From positions 1,116,001 through 1,180,000 of the forward strand of contig CM120645.1 of assembly GCA_051362555.1 (NCBI GenBank): 64,000 nt of DNA, written 5' to 3'. Position numbers and translations under genes: made by a program. Shown here in pieces: positions 39,116 through 52,777 of the stretch. Under the pieces are notes generated by a model. The model did not search any database. It saw only the letters and a program-made list of their open reading frames with translations, and was not told where the DNA came from. This stretch comes from Lingula anatina (lineage: Eukaryota > Animalia > Brachiopoda). The number at the start of each line of letters is the position of its first letter. Position 1 is the stretch's first letter.

Positions 39116-40321
39116 ATGGAGACCACTTGCACGGGGAAGGGGATTCATATTTCAAACCTTTTCCCCGAGATTCTGGCCTTGATCTTCAGCTACCTGGACG
39201 TGAAAGACAAGGGGAGGTCGGCGCAGGTGTGTGTGGCGTGGAGAGACGCTGCGTACCACAGATCTGTGTGGAAAAACGTTGAGGCGAAGCTCCACCTTCG
39301 ACGGGCCAACCCGTCTTTGTTCCCCAGCCTCGTTCAGCGAGGGATCCGCCGCATCCAGGTGCTAAGTCTGAGACGCAGTCTGAAGGACGTCATCCTCGGT
39401 GTGCCTAACATCGAGAGTTTGAACTTGAGTGGATGTTACATTGTGACGGATATCGGCCTTGCCCATGCTTTTAATCAAGACATCTTCACGCTGACCGAGT
39501 TAAATCTAAGTCTATGTAAACAGGTCACAGACAGCAGTCTCCGGCGGATAGCACAATTTCTGAAAAATTTAGAGACCTTAGAACTTGGGGGATGCACGAA
39601 CGTTACGAACACAGGACTATTATATATCGCCATGTGCCTGAGGAGGTTAAAAAGTCTAAATTTAAGAAGTTGTCGTCATATCAGCGACGAGGGGATTAGT
39701 CACTTGTCAGGGTTGAACCCACACACCGCCAACGGGAACTTAGAACTTGAATTCCTTGGACTACAGGATTGTCAGAAACTCACAGACCAGGCCCTGAAAC
39801 ATGTGAGTGTGGGGCAGATGTACCTGAAGAGCATCAATTTAAGTTTCTGTGCCAGTGTTACGGATGCAGGACTGAGATTTCTGGCCAAAATGAACAGTCT
39901 CCGCGATGTCAACCTCCGCAGCTGTGACAATGTCAGTGATATAGGCATAGGCTACCTGGCAGAGGGAGGCTCACGGATCACAGGCCTAGATGTCAGCTTC
40001 TGTGATAGGATAGGAGATCAGGCGTTAACGCACATAGCACAAGGGCTGTTCCATCTCCAAAGCCTCAGCCTTAATGCCTGTAATATCAGTGATGATGGCC
40101 TAAACAGACTGGTGGCCACTCACCATGACCTAAAGATGCTGAACATCGGTCAGTGTTCCAGGATCACGGACAAAGGTCTAGCTTTGATAGCAGACCATCT
40201 GAAAGCACTGAATTCTATTGACCTGTACGGTTGCACTAAGATCACAACCATTGGACTGGAGAAAATCATGCAACTGCCTCGGCTGAGTACTCTGAATTTG
40301 GGGCTATGGCATAAAAAGTGA
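39116..40321 (+). CDS. FBXL14: F-box/LRR-repeat protein 14 (Partner of paired), 401 aa, single coding exon
   Basis: First ATG at 39116 (the ORF track starts at an upstream GTG). F-box HISNLFPEILALIFSYLDVKDKGRSAQVCVAWRDAAY, then VEAKLHLRRANPSLFPSL and tandem Cys-containing LRRs ending LNLGLW, nearly identical to vertebrate FBXL14. Confidence 0.97.
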   Translation: METTCTGKGIHISNLFPEILALIFSYLDVKDKGRSAQVCVAWRDAAYHRSVWKNVEAKLHLRRANPSLFPSLVQRGIRRIQVLSLRRSLKDVILGVPNIESLNLSGCYIVTDIGLAHAFNQDIFTLTELNLSLCKQVTDSSLRRIAQFLKNLETLELGGCTNVTNTGLLYIAMCLRRLKSLNLRSCRHISDEGISHLSGLNPHTANGNLELEFLGLQDCQKLTDQALKHVSVGQMYLKSINLSFCASVTDAGLRFLAKMNSLRDVNLRSCDNVSDIGIGYLAEGGSRITGLDVSFCDRIGDQALTHIAQGLFHLQSLSLNACNISDDGLNRLVATHHDLKMLNIGQCSRITDKGLALIADHLKALNSIDLYGCTKITTIGLEKIMQLPRLSTLNLGLWHKK

Positions 40322-41800
40322 TTATACACCTGACAGGGGGGCTTTATGCCCAGTCCAGACCCCCCGGGGTCTCTCCCTCTGTCCAAGACATGGTAATTAA
40401 TAGTGCTCCTGTCCAGGTAAAAACTGCCCCGACCCTTGCTGAGTCTGGAAGTCTGGGAGCACCTGTTAACAAAGCCCCCCAAGCCAGGGTAATGGGCCGC
40501 CTGGACACCCCTGCGGTCAATTGCCCTCTCAGTTCAGTGGTCACTTTGAGGACGTTAAGAGTGGACAATGGGACAGGGCTTGGGGATGAAAATGGGGTCA
40601 GACATCAGTGGAGTTAATATGTAGCCGGCTTCTGTTTAGGTTTATACTACTGTTTGTCCTAATGTGGTATATATTGGATGAAAATTACTTGTTAAGAACA
40701 GAAATGGGGAGATCTTCATCTCGTGATTTATTATTATTATAATTATTATTTTACTTGATTATAATGCAATTGATTATCATATTATACTGAAAACTGACTT
40801 TCCTTCAAACAAAAAGTAGAGTTCACATTTTAAATGTCGTTATTTGTAACCTCTTATCAGGCTGCATGACTAGGAAAAAAAACTGCAAAGCAAACCCAGC
40901 CTATGTTTCTGTCTACTTGTACTTAGTAGTCTTAAATTTATGAGGCTGCTTCTTATCCAATATTGATAAGGTTTTGAAATGTAGAGTACCCTTTTAGTTT
41001 GGTACTAAATATGATTAGCTTTATTAGTCTGTCTGCTGCTAAAATAGAACTTTATTTAGCAAGTAGAGGGAGATCTTGATGTCAATAATTGTAGCTTTGA
41101 CACTAAGGGTGCATTCCTATAAACACCATGGATCTATGTAGATCGCCTCGACTCTTAAGGGATTGTAGCTAAGTGCAGTCAGCTCTACAGATAAACATGC
41201 CGCCTCCTGGCATTGGGTAGAAAAAAGAAAAGCTGGTGATTATACCAGGATGTTAGAAACAAAAGGAGACATGTCATTCAGTTACTTCCCACAGAGTTGG
41301 ATCTGTCCTCGTACACCAGTGGTGTCTTTATGGGAGTGCGGTCTAAGATAACTGAAGTCTAAATGGCCCAGGGAAAGTTCAAATTAAAAAAAAAAAATAG
41401 ATGCAAAAAAGTCAGTTTTTGTTTGACTATAAACTAAAACTGGTTTATCAAAGACAAAGATGTAAGGAATATATTTAAGTTGCAATATAGACAAGCAGCA
41501 CATTATAAAGAAAAGCCCGTAGCAAAGAGCTATGTTGTTAAAGTTAAATTAGATTGAGATTCAATATATACAAAGTGTAGTATAGAACACCAACATGTGT
41601 TCAATATATTAATGTAGAGAGAGAGGGAGGTGTTTGTTTTCATATGTCAGAGTTAATATTCTGTCAACTGAGCTGTAACACAATGGTATACGATACTGAT
41701 ATTTATTCAACAAATGTCATAAAAAAATATTTTTTGTATAACCCTCTCTTCCATATTGTATTGCAATCATTCATTTTATTATAATTATTATTTTGTTCAT
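40322..41800 (+). other. FBXL14: Probable FBXL14 3'UTR (end approximate)
   Basis: AT-rich, CpG-poor sequence directly after the stop codon; CpGs return at about 41820. No unambiguous polyA site identified. Confidence 0.45.
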
Positions 41801-44051
41801 TTTTTGCCAGGGGAAAAATATGCGACGAAACTCCCCGCGGCTGCAATATGCTTTGTAAATAAGAACCATTTGTATATGCTAGAGCAAGTTATATGTCATA
41901 TCACTTGAACAAAAACTGTTGATATCAGTCCATCTTAAAGGGTAACTACAGCAGAATTATTTTTTATTATGAATATACATCTATATCTATACACCTGTAC
42001 ATATGCATAGGCATATATAGGTAGTGTTCTGTACATAAGAGATAGGGTTTGCAGGGGCAACCAGTGCAAATAATGAACTATTATTATAACAAGATAGGCG
42101 GGGAGATACGCAGCACCCCATCCGTTACTCGTTACTACGATAAACAAAAGATGCAATATTCATTCCGATGGTGTTTGTTTTGTGTGTGTTCTTCGTTCTG
42201 CGGTCGTCAAAACCACTACCGTTGATTGGTATTCCGCGAGGTAGCAGTTGACACAAGTGACGCCTTGTTGCTCTTTCTAATGCCTACCACGATTCCCCGG
42301 TGACTGGTGTTCTGGTGAAGATATATGCGGTCTGGTGGTCTCTCATAATAAGACAACACCCCCCCCCCCCACCCCACCCATCTCAAATTTATGACAGTCC
42401 AATCAATATTTATACTGATGATTCTTTGCGTTTATGATAAATTATGTGACATTCTTTGGGTTTGGTTGGGTCTTTTCTCAGAAGTTTACAACTGTAGACG
42501 CCTTCCTGAAGCCTGCCGTCTTAAGTTAAACGACGTTTGATGATGTCACGCACACCTGACTGGTTTGGTTTAAGTCTAGAGGAGTACCGTGTGTCCACTT
42601 CTCCAACGAATCGAAAACTTCCACTGACCTTAATAATATGGTTTGATTGCATTTTTTGATTATAGTTAATTTAAAACGAAATTAATTTGACCGTGAAGAT
42701 GGGGAATCGAGTCCGTAACTAAAATTATTAATTTATATACCTGGAAGAATTGCAGTTAGATAAAACGGGGGCCACTCCAAGGTATCTAAGATAACAGGAC
42801 AGGATGTAGCGTTCTTGTCAATGTCACAGTGAAAATACTGCTGTGATTTGATCTAAGAAACAAGATAATTATGTATATATTTAAAGCAGCAGTTATCTTG
42901 GATGCTATTTATAGTCAAGCAGAGACTGGTTGGGTAGTTTTAATTTTGGTCACGAATGCAATGTCATGCGCCGGTGTGACAGAAATTCTTGTCCGCTAGG
43001 AACCGTAGTCCGACCCCATTACTTTGTACAGGTGATTCGTCCCATGAACTAACCCTGATTTCAAACTAACCCTAATAATTGTACTAATCATATGGAGCCC
43101 GAACTCCCATTACAAGAATACCATCCCTGCCAGTTAGATACACTTAAGCGGACGTAAAGATATCATCTTTAAATCTCTAAGACGTGGTAATATAAAAACA
43201 GAAAAACCATATTTAACATTTTTAAAGAATAAATAAATAAATAGAGATTAGAGCAAAGACCCATATAATTGAGCTATATAAATGAGGAGAAGTAAAATAA
43301 TCGCTGAGAAGAGATGAATTATTCAAGGGCAGGCTTAGGATAACTAGAGAGCGCTGGTCTGCTACTGGTTATGCCGCCACTACTAAGTTTATGATTTATG
43401 ACCACAAAGCAAAAGGGAAGGCTACATATTTTTTGACAATCAGGTGATCATTTTTCAAAATTAGTATTATTATTATTATGATAAATTCGTGGCAGGAGCA
43501 GGCTTGGGCGTTTTTATCTATCAACACAGTGATACATCCGCACACAATATATTCCCACTTCTCGGCTCGGCTAAGTTTTGTTCGAAGAGAATTTGATGCC
43601 GGAGCACGACAGAACCCAGTTTCTGAAAATAACCATTTATAATTGGTCTTAGAATTAAAACTGTACGCCCGAAAATTGTCTGTTATCTGTTCTCAAAAAA
43701 TATATAAGTGAAGCTGGCACCGTCTGTCACCGAGATGACCTTGACCGGCTGGTGACATTGCACTGCGTGAACCCAGCTAGTGTCCTCACGGTGACTCCAT
43801 GTCCGCGTTTCAGAGGACGCGATGACCTGGGGCAGTGCACGCTGCTACCAGGAGTTAAAACTTCAACGTGATGTCTGTCAATTTGTCTGTTTTCTTTACC
43901 CAACTATCGCAATCCTGCTGGTTATTTCTGTCCCTGACAAGGGATGTTTACCAATTAGAGATAGTAAGGATCATCGCCGGACCGCCTTGATCATTGTTAG
44001 AGCTAATTTCTACATACTGAAGCTGTAACTCTTCATGGTAAGAATCTCCTG

Positions 44052-44093
44052 CCCCCCCCCCCTCACACACACACACACACACAAACACACACA

Positions 44094-44142
<49 letters not shown>
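44052..44142. repeat. Compound poly-C/(CA)n/(CT)n microsatellite
   Basis: Seen directly. Confidence 0.9.
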
Positions 44143-44145
<3 letters not shown>

Positions 44146-45651
44146 AAAGAAAAAGAAAACGTTTCCTTTTCTCAAAAACACCCCCATGGTATTCACTTTG
44201 CTTTATGGTTAATACAGATGACATAACAAAATTAAACAGTGGGATAGTGTGATTTCTTTTAGATAATAAAAATAACGCGAGATTCGTTCTTTGAGACTAA
44301 ATTAATCAAATATTATACTGTACGAGAAAAAAGCTACTTTATCGCACTGTTTATTCAGCCTCAGTTTTTTCTGCAAATAATACCCTTGATCAAAATAAAA
44401 CAAAATAGTCAGCATATTACTTCACTCTCATTTCGTCAACATGTTACTTCACTCTCAAGCGATGATTACGACATTTTAATTATTCCCTAATATTTCGCTT
44501 CCGCGCGCTGTATAAGGCAGAAAAGAACACACACGTTGCAGCGCGCCTCGCCAAGCGCGTCTCTCCCGGCGAAGTTTGTCTTCTCTCTCTTATCAGCCGC
44601 TAGATCTTCAAGTCACTTAACTTAGATTCATGAAGAATAACTCCAATTTTATTTTACTTATCAACCAAGGCAAACCAAAAGAAAAACCTGAAACTCGAGT
44701 CAGGCAAGCGGTGGCAACGCGACCCGGAGCTACCTTGCTAAAAAGTTTCAGCTGTGGAGATCTAAGCCCCATTTAGTCAGAGGAACCATGATTTGCTTAC
44801 CTTCGCTCTGGAGTTCAGTAGGTCTTTGGGGCGCCTCAACATAACGGTTCTTAGAACATGAGAGATCTGATAAATCGCTCGGCCCTTAAATCCTCTGATT
44901 TTCTATAACCTTCTTGATTTTCAGCGATAAATTTTCCAATTGTCCTGTAAATAGGATTTTCTCCTCTCAAGTTGTAACTCTCGGGCGCAGATTTGTCAAA
45001 ATTTATAATCCTAATTATTTTTGATTTCAACAATGTTCATGTGAATCATCTCTGGTGTTTTTTTCCGGTGCTCTTCTCGTGTTAAAGAGTGCAGCGTCCC
45101 GAAGGCTGTTTGGACTTGACCTAAGAGAAGAAAAAAATCTGAATGTGAACATGACATTCTTTCGGACAGTTTATTCTTCTTATTAAAGGCATATTGTGTT
45201 TCACGCAAAATAAAACGCAAACAAAAAATGCAAAACAGAAAACAAAGATACCTTGGCATTCTTTCGGACGACTTATCAAGATCACATTATCCTTCGGAAA
45301 AAAAGAAAACAAAAACAAGTTATTGGCGCGCTTCCAAACCGATCGGACAATGGGGTAAGGTATTTGACTCTGATCCATCGTGTGTGTGATTGATAAAATA
45401 CGGTTAATACGCTCCCCAACCCCCGCTGTTCCTGGTCCTCGCTTGCACCCCATCTCCTGGCCACTGCCAGTCACCCCCCCCCCCCCCCACCACCACCAAC
45501 CCACCCTCTGCACCCCACACACACCCTGAACACACACACGCACACACACACACGCGCTCCTCTTTCTATCTGCAAAAGGAACCTTTCTACTTTGATCATT
45601 TAAGATCTCTCTCTAAGTAGATTAGCGCGTGTCTGTGTGTGCATGTGCACG

Positions 45652-45655
<4 letters not shown>

Positions 45656-45740
<85 letters not shown>

Positions 45741-45874
45741 GGTTAATAACCGAGTTTGGACGCCAGTCCCAGACAAATAACAGGGGCAGCATCATCCAGC
45801 GTGTGCGTGAGTTGAGTGTGTGTGTGTGTGTGCGCGCGCACACACGCATGCATGTGTGTGTGTGTGTGTGTGTG
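45656..45874. repeat. (GT)n(GA)n and further (GT)n microsatellites
   Basis: Seen directly. Confidence 0.9.
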
Positions 45875-47864
45875 TAGGGGGTGGTGGTGAAGAACCAAGT
45901 TTGTACACCAGCCATTGAGAAATAACAGGACTATATCACCCAGCGTAGGCACATATATCTGAATCAGATGATTACTTTTGAGTAGAAACAATATATTTAA
46001 TTTTAGACCTCAGATGACAATTTTAACGCTTGGGCAAATTTATCCATCTGAAAGAATGTCTTCATCGCCAATATACGTGCTTCTTCATAGCCATACCTCC
46101 ATTTTTTTATCCCGTAATAGCCACACTTATTAGTCAAAGTATGCGCTAAACGGCGTTTATGAGGGGGCATTTATGTCTTTATTGACTTCTGTTACAGGGG
46201 AATTATAGCTGAAGAATCTTAAGGAACCCTCTTCTTAGAGCTGATTACAATAGTCAAGTGGCTTAACAACGCTTCCACAATTGTTAGGCGTCAAGACAAG
46301 CTGTAAGACTGTCTGGCTTGGAAGGTCTAAAATATTCCACGCACCCCCCCCCCCCCCCCCAAAAAAAAAAATAGATAAATAAATAGATGAATAAATAAAT
46401 AAATAAATAAACAAAAGAAAATCAATGGCATTAATTTCACACTAATTTTTGACGATGTGACCAATGACTTCAGTCTGTCCGAAGTTCATTGTGTTATCCA
46501 TTATTTTCCTCTTACTACACCCTTCAAATAAGTCTTATAAAGCCATATTATTTTGAGAAAATAATTATAAAATAACTGTAATAAAACGTAAAACATAGCG
46601 TCAATGGTGGCAGAGCCTAAAAGCTGCGACAGATCCGACAGAGAGTGAATAACTCACAACAACACAGAGATGTTGTAACGATTTGCAAACACTGCAGCTA
46701 TGGAACAGAACGTTAACGTCAGTGCCAGGAAGTCTACGAGCAGCTCAACAATATGTTGGATATTAGTGACGATGATGATGATGATGCCAGACTGACGTTT
46801 CTTCACATAGATATCATTATTTAAAGCGCATTTAGTTGGTAGCATAAGGGAGTGGGAGTTACCCTTTAGTTGGAAGGGGGGGGGGGGGGGGTGAGAGAAA
46901 TGGGGGAAGGGGCATCATGCATGTGCACCAAAAGTATGATTTTAGTGGTATATTTTGCCGATATATTACTGTCACCGCGTGCGTTAAAAGCACAGCTAGG
47001 GTACTTCTGATTTAGCCAGTGAGATTATCCGGAAAAGACAAAAGACTAGGGTATTAACGTGAATGCTCTCATCTCACCAGAACCTTATCTCACCTACGTC
47101 AAATCAACCATTCAGCACCAGCAAGTAGATCGCAATCTCTACATACTTTTCATACCTTACCTTCACGTTAAAAACAGGGGAGTCCCGTCCCGAAGGATTT
47201 GATAAAAAAAAAATATCGGGTCACGACGTCACCAACGCCTCACGATCAGCCTGTCCAAGTATTCCACATTTATAATGTCTCTTAGATTGGGATAGACCAC
47301 TTAACGTGGGCGTATGATGCTGTTATAAGGCAGCGGGATTAAGTCGGATTACACCGTGCTCCTAACCTAAATTAGTCTTTCCTTTGACGTCGAATACGTG
47401 ATAGAACTATTCTATTCTGGTGCTTGGGCTTTGGGGGACCGTTGTAAATGAAACGGTTTATCACTTCAAACGATGACTTTGTGATAAAATGACCATTTGA
47501 ATTTATCTGATGGTGTCTTGATTGAAATAACTTGTCCCCTTCACAAAGAAAGGTTCAGTAAAGCACATATCGGGTTCTAAACGCTATCGGGGACTGCACG
47601 ATAATTTCAGATATAAATACGCCTGATGAATATTTGATTGAAATAACTTGTCAAACTTTGTCAGGAATACTTAAGTCGGTTTTCTTGTAAGGTCCGCGTG
47701 CCACAGACACCATGTGGAACTTTATAGCACAGGTGTGCCGTCTTCTTTAATATATCAGTTTGGTGTCACCTCCACTTCCGTGTATCTACGTACCCGGCTT
47801 CCTCTTTTATATCACGATTCAAGTATACGAATTTCTGTTGATTTTGTCCTTTCCGGAATTGGAG

Positions 47865-47905
<41 letters not shown>

Positions 47906-48372
47906 GGGGGGAGGTGCTGAACAAAGATCACGTTCTCAAGAGAGAGCGCACACTTCACAACTAATCATCCTATCAACACATGATAAACCATTTTTAACTC
48001 TAACAAGTCGCTCCTGGTTCGGACCTGCAGAGCACCTTGCCCCAGTGTAAACACCCAGCAACTCACCTTGTTTAATTTTTGTCCAGTATTTTGTGATACA
48101 TCTAAAATGACCAGAGTCCAAAAGTACACGACTTTCCCATTAATCCCCCAGTCACTGACTGCTCCAACATAAATATAACACCTCCGATTTAAGAAACGCT
48201 CCAGCAACTTTTTTTTCTCTGCGAACTCTCTGTCACAGAGATTTAGGGTCGGTTATCTTTTATCTACAAGGAGCCCATATATCATCTTTTGGAAATGCAA
48301 TTTGTGAATTTGAAGTATTAGAACACACACAGTCGCTGATAATAAGTTTGTGATTACGTGTGAACCGCCTAC

Positions 48373-48374
<2 letters not shown>

Positions 48375-48455
<81 letters not shown>

Positions 48456-48484
48456 GGGGGGGGGGGGGGGGGAGGGGAGGGAGA
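48375..48484. repeat. Long (GA)n followed by poly-G
   Basis: Seen directly. Confidence 0.95.
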
Positions 48485-48921
48485 TAGGAAGGGATACATA
48501 CAGACAAACTAAGTTTATGTTTAACGTTATGTCGTCGTATTCCATTATTATCGACTAAATAATAACTAAGACATACATTTTAACGTTAAAACAATCAAAA
48601 TGACAGTTACTAGTAGTGTTAAATAGACTGCAGTTTCACATAGGGACAACCCTACCCGTTGCAAAGCACCGAAAAACAGCCAAAAAGTATCAGGAATTCT
48701 TCAGAGCAATTTCAGTCTTAGGATCAGAAGTGATTTTGGACGTAAATGATGACGCAAGTATAAAATACAGAAGCACGCTGGACGTGCGTTCGCAAGATTG
48801 CCTCTCATTTGAAAACTTTGGAGGATGACAGTGATTGCCAGAAAATATTTCCCTCGCAGCTGTTGCCGCAGTTTTCCTGAGCTTTATCTGTGGTATTTGA
48901 TTGTAGCTCCCCATGTCTGTG

Positions 48922-48963
<42 letters not shown>

Positions 48964-49420
48964 GACCAAAAGATAAGGTTCTATTATATTAATAAACTTT
49001 GTCCCAATATCTAATTACTGCATCAATGAAATTTTATTAGCTATTTAAGGTATCAGTTAATTCCATTTTATTTCTATCGGTAACCAGTTGATAACAGTTC
49101 TGAGAAGTTCTAAAGGTCTTGTTCTCCTATTTCGAATATTTTTTCTCCCTAAAAAAACAAATAAAAATTGAAACTTTTAAGTTTTCATTTAAAAATGAAA
49201 AAGAAAAGACCAAATTAAACAATTTTTCCTCTTTGTGCCCTTCACTTCCAAAAAGTAAATCTGTCTTGGTCAGCAATTTTATAAGAATTGTACCCCCCCC
49301 CCCTCCCCCCCCCCCGCCTGCACAAATCTCTTTCTCTATCCAGGATACCCTTTCTTAAAAGTTAAAGACTGACAATAACATGGCTACACTTATAACAGAG
49401 ACAGTTCTTCACTAGTCTTA

Positions 49421-49614
49421 CAGGCCCGTAGCCAGCGATTTCAAAAGGGGGTTCGTTTTTGGAAAAAGTGGATCTTTTACCATGAAACTTTCGCGTACGT
49501 ACATAAAATTTTACCCAGAAGGAACCCTTTCACGGCAAAAAGGGCGGTTTATTCGAACCCTCCATCCCCCCCCCCCCCCCTGCAGCCCCCCCTGCATCCC
49601 CGGCTACGCGCCTG
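49421..49614. mobile_element. MITE (about 194 bp) with terminal inverted repeats
   Basis: CAGGCCCGTAGCC ... GGCTACGCGCCTG (12/13 inverted match) with internal poly-C; flanks tta/cta are at best an imperfect 3-bp TSD. Confidence 0.7.
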
Positions 49615-50552
49615 CTAGACTAAGAATCACGGGGTACTATAGTAGAGAGATGAGCACGTTTTCCCGTCAGTTATGACAGAGGAGTTATTGGACCGTTTAT
49701 CTCTGACCACAACGTCTCCTAGGCTCGAGAGACCGTCAAGAAGCTTGCCGTTAGCGTCCCTCTTTGTCTTAACGTGCCACGCCGAGCGTCCACCCGGGTA
49801 AGAGACACGGGCGGGAGAAATGCGATAAGATAATTTGAAATTAAAATTATAATGAAATCTTTCATTAGTCAGATTGACAATCATGTTAAATAATGACTAG
49901 GATGTGAATGTTGTAAGAAGAATTGAAAGGGAAAGAAAATAAAAGAAATATAGGGCTAGCGCTGTCACGTATACACAGAACTGTTGTGAAAAAAATAAGA
50001 GAAAAAAATGCTTATCAGCGCGACTAAAAGTGGTTCAAGTAGATAAAGCCCGTTAAGTACTTTAGTTTGATCTTAGTTCCTCCCTTTCGTTGGACTAGGA
50101 GCAGTACTAAGATGTTGTAAGATGTGAACAAATGTCATTGTATGAACTGCAACAGGGAAACTTAAGTCAGAATAAGTGAAGTGTCCATACATTTTCAGGC
50201 TGTTTTCAAGGTATGTTGTATGCAATACAAAGTTTGAGTATAGATCACTTGTTAAATAAAAACCTTATATTTACATTTATTACGTTTTGGTTTATTTGAG
50301 AGCAGTTACAGACTGTACTTTTAAATACCCCATGTTGAAGACTAGTCCAAGTGAAGGCCATAAAAGTGGTGATTATTCTTTAATTCTGAAGACTTTCTCT
50401 TCTAAAAGCAATATTAAAGCTATTTCGGGGGTAGGGTGTTTTCTGTTGATGGAAAGTCTTGAGCACGGTGCTGCGTCCTTCTCTCTCGTATGCGGTTGCA
50501 TAATTGTAACATATAACTACATAACTAACCCCCCTGACCTTCCTCCTGGTTG

Positions 50553-50705
50553 CCCCCCCCCCCCCCAGCATCCCTACCTCCTCTCTCTCTCTCTCACCAC
50601 TCTCTCTCTCATCCACACACACACGCACACACACACACACACACATGCTCACCCTCTCTCTCTCTTTCTCTCACGCTCACCTCTCTCGACACACACGCTC
50701 ACTTT

Positions 50706-50741
<36 letters not shown>
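50553..50741. repeat. Compound poly-C/(CT)n/(CA)n tract
   Basis: Seen directly. Confidence 0.9.
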
Positions 50742-50744
<3 letters not shown>

Positions 50745-52704
50745 CAGCCCTCCTCCATAGCAGTCAAAGATCTCCAAGGTGTCAAATAGCCGTATTGTGT
50801 GTGTTCAGGATTAGATAGGTATTCCAACTCGTCATACCTATCTAGATTAAAATAACCGAACAAACAGACGTGCACGCTATACGTAATTGAATCTAAGAGT
50901 TCACACTACATCTCTGTCACCAGGCTCAACAATTTTCCTGGATATCAAGAAACGCTGCCCCCATCCAGCATTAACGTAAGTTCATTCAATCCCCGAAATG
51001 TGTTGCCATGAATCTGAGTCATAAGTTGCATAAAAAAACTTAAACTTATCCCAAGGGGGTCGTCATTTCTAGGGATCCACAAATCCTTCCATGTCTTTTT
51101 ACTCCACGCCCATTCATGTAAAATGTGTTTCTATCTTACTTCGATTCCTATCACTTTATCAAGTTTTGAAAGATTATTTTTGCTGGCGGAATAGTCCAGC
51201 AACTCTTTTTTCAGGTTATATGTGAGTATTTTTACATAACATCACTCAGGAATTCCTGAGTAAGATTGCATTTACTCAAGCATTATTACAAAACTCTTTC
51301 AATGTAGTAATCGAATGGAGATTTATTTGCTAAAGCTTTAGAATCCTTTCGCTGCTGTGTGTTACTGCTAAATCCCTATTAAGCAGCTATCTCTATTGGC
51401 GATAGGCTGGTCTATAGCTATGAAAGAATTTCGACCCAATACCAAGGTGTGTTAATATAGAACCTGCGTGCATGTTTGAGTGTGAGATCACGATTTCGTG
51501 TGAAACGCGCTAAGCTATGTTAACTACCTTCCAACGCGTGTCCTCCACCGTGTCCTGAGCGTCCTCCGCCTAACCTCGTGACACCGACACTAAATGAAGA
51601 GTTCATTAATCTCCTGGTTCTCCCTCGATGAGCGTCGGAATATCGACCCCGAGTGGGAACTCCCAGCGCTGTGCCAGGTATGCTATGGTTATAGCACGGT
51701 GTGAGTCTGGAGGGAAACAGCGCGTGGATTCCTTAGCGCCAGTCTCGTCTCCCTAGAGCGACACGATCCGCGAGGTACACGCGATATTTGGCAGGATCGG
51801 AGGGACAGTGGAAGGGGGGATGGACTTCAGGATAACACTTTAGTGTACCTGAAAGTCTCATGTCTGATGAGATAAAGTTTTTTTTTCTAAAATGCATCAC
51901 ACCGACGTTTAACTTAGTTTTGTTTCTGTAATTTATTTTCTTCCCTGAGTTGAATGAAAGCTTTTTTAGCAAACAGTGTCTGTAGTCCTTTTTCTAAACT
52001 TATTTAGGACTGCCCCACTACTTACCCCTCAGGGCCTCATCGAACGCACCTTTAACTACTAGAAAAATATAAACACAAAATCATCCCGAGCGCTCAGGCG
52101 GTGCACAGATTAATAACTGAAAATACAGCGTTCTTGACGTTTGCCCCGCGTTAATTTGCGCAAGAACACTTCATCCCCGGTTCCAGGACAATGTCAGTGA
52201 AGAGGAAAGCTAAATATTTATTCGATCTAATCGAATCAGAGTCAAATTAGAGGTGATACATCCGAGCCATCACCGGACGCCGAGAGATGTATTTTACGAA
52301 GTGTTTAGAACAAGAGCAAACATTAAGTCAGTTGAAAAAATCAAGGCAAATATGAGGCGGCACTTAACATGTATGAATCACAAAGTATAAAAAAACATTT
52401 AATGTTGACCTCTTTTTATTTGGTGTCAAATTTGAGGGTGTCACAGGTGAAAAAACCGTGCGGTGTCCCACACGTTGTCTAGATGACGATGGACAAATTA
52501 AAGAGACGTACATTTACTGTGGCCTGGGAAGAGATACTGAGTACAAACTGGATCTGTACGTTACATAACAAACCAACTGAGTGATTACATTAATTCCATA
52601 CCATAATTTTCGTTCACAGTGCAAAAAATTGTTATGAATTTGCTAAAGACATATCTGTGAATGTCCAGTGAATAATCAATCTGTGACCCTAAAGGGTACT
52701 GCTC

Positions 52705-52712
52705 TGTGTGTG

Positions 52713-52775
<63 letters not shown>
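52705..52775. repeat. (GT)n(GA)n microsatellite
   Basis: Seen directly. Confidence 0.9.

Positions 52776-52777
<2 letters not shown>

Noticed and set aside
40318-40617. 99-aa ORF overlapping the FBXL14 stop
   Set aside because: GTG start, no recognisable domain, lies in the 3'UTR; no frameshift or readthrough signal seen.
2600-41460. Scattered TCF-type ATCAAAG/CTTTGAT sites suggesting Wnt feedback
   Set aside because: Frequency looks close to chance for AT-rich DNA; a proper background test is needed.
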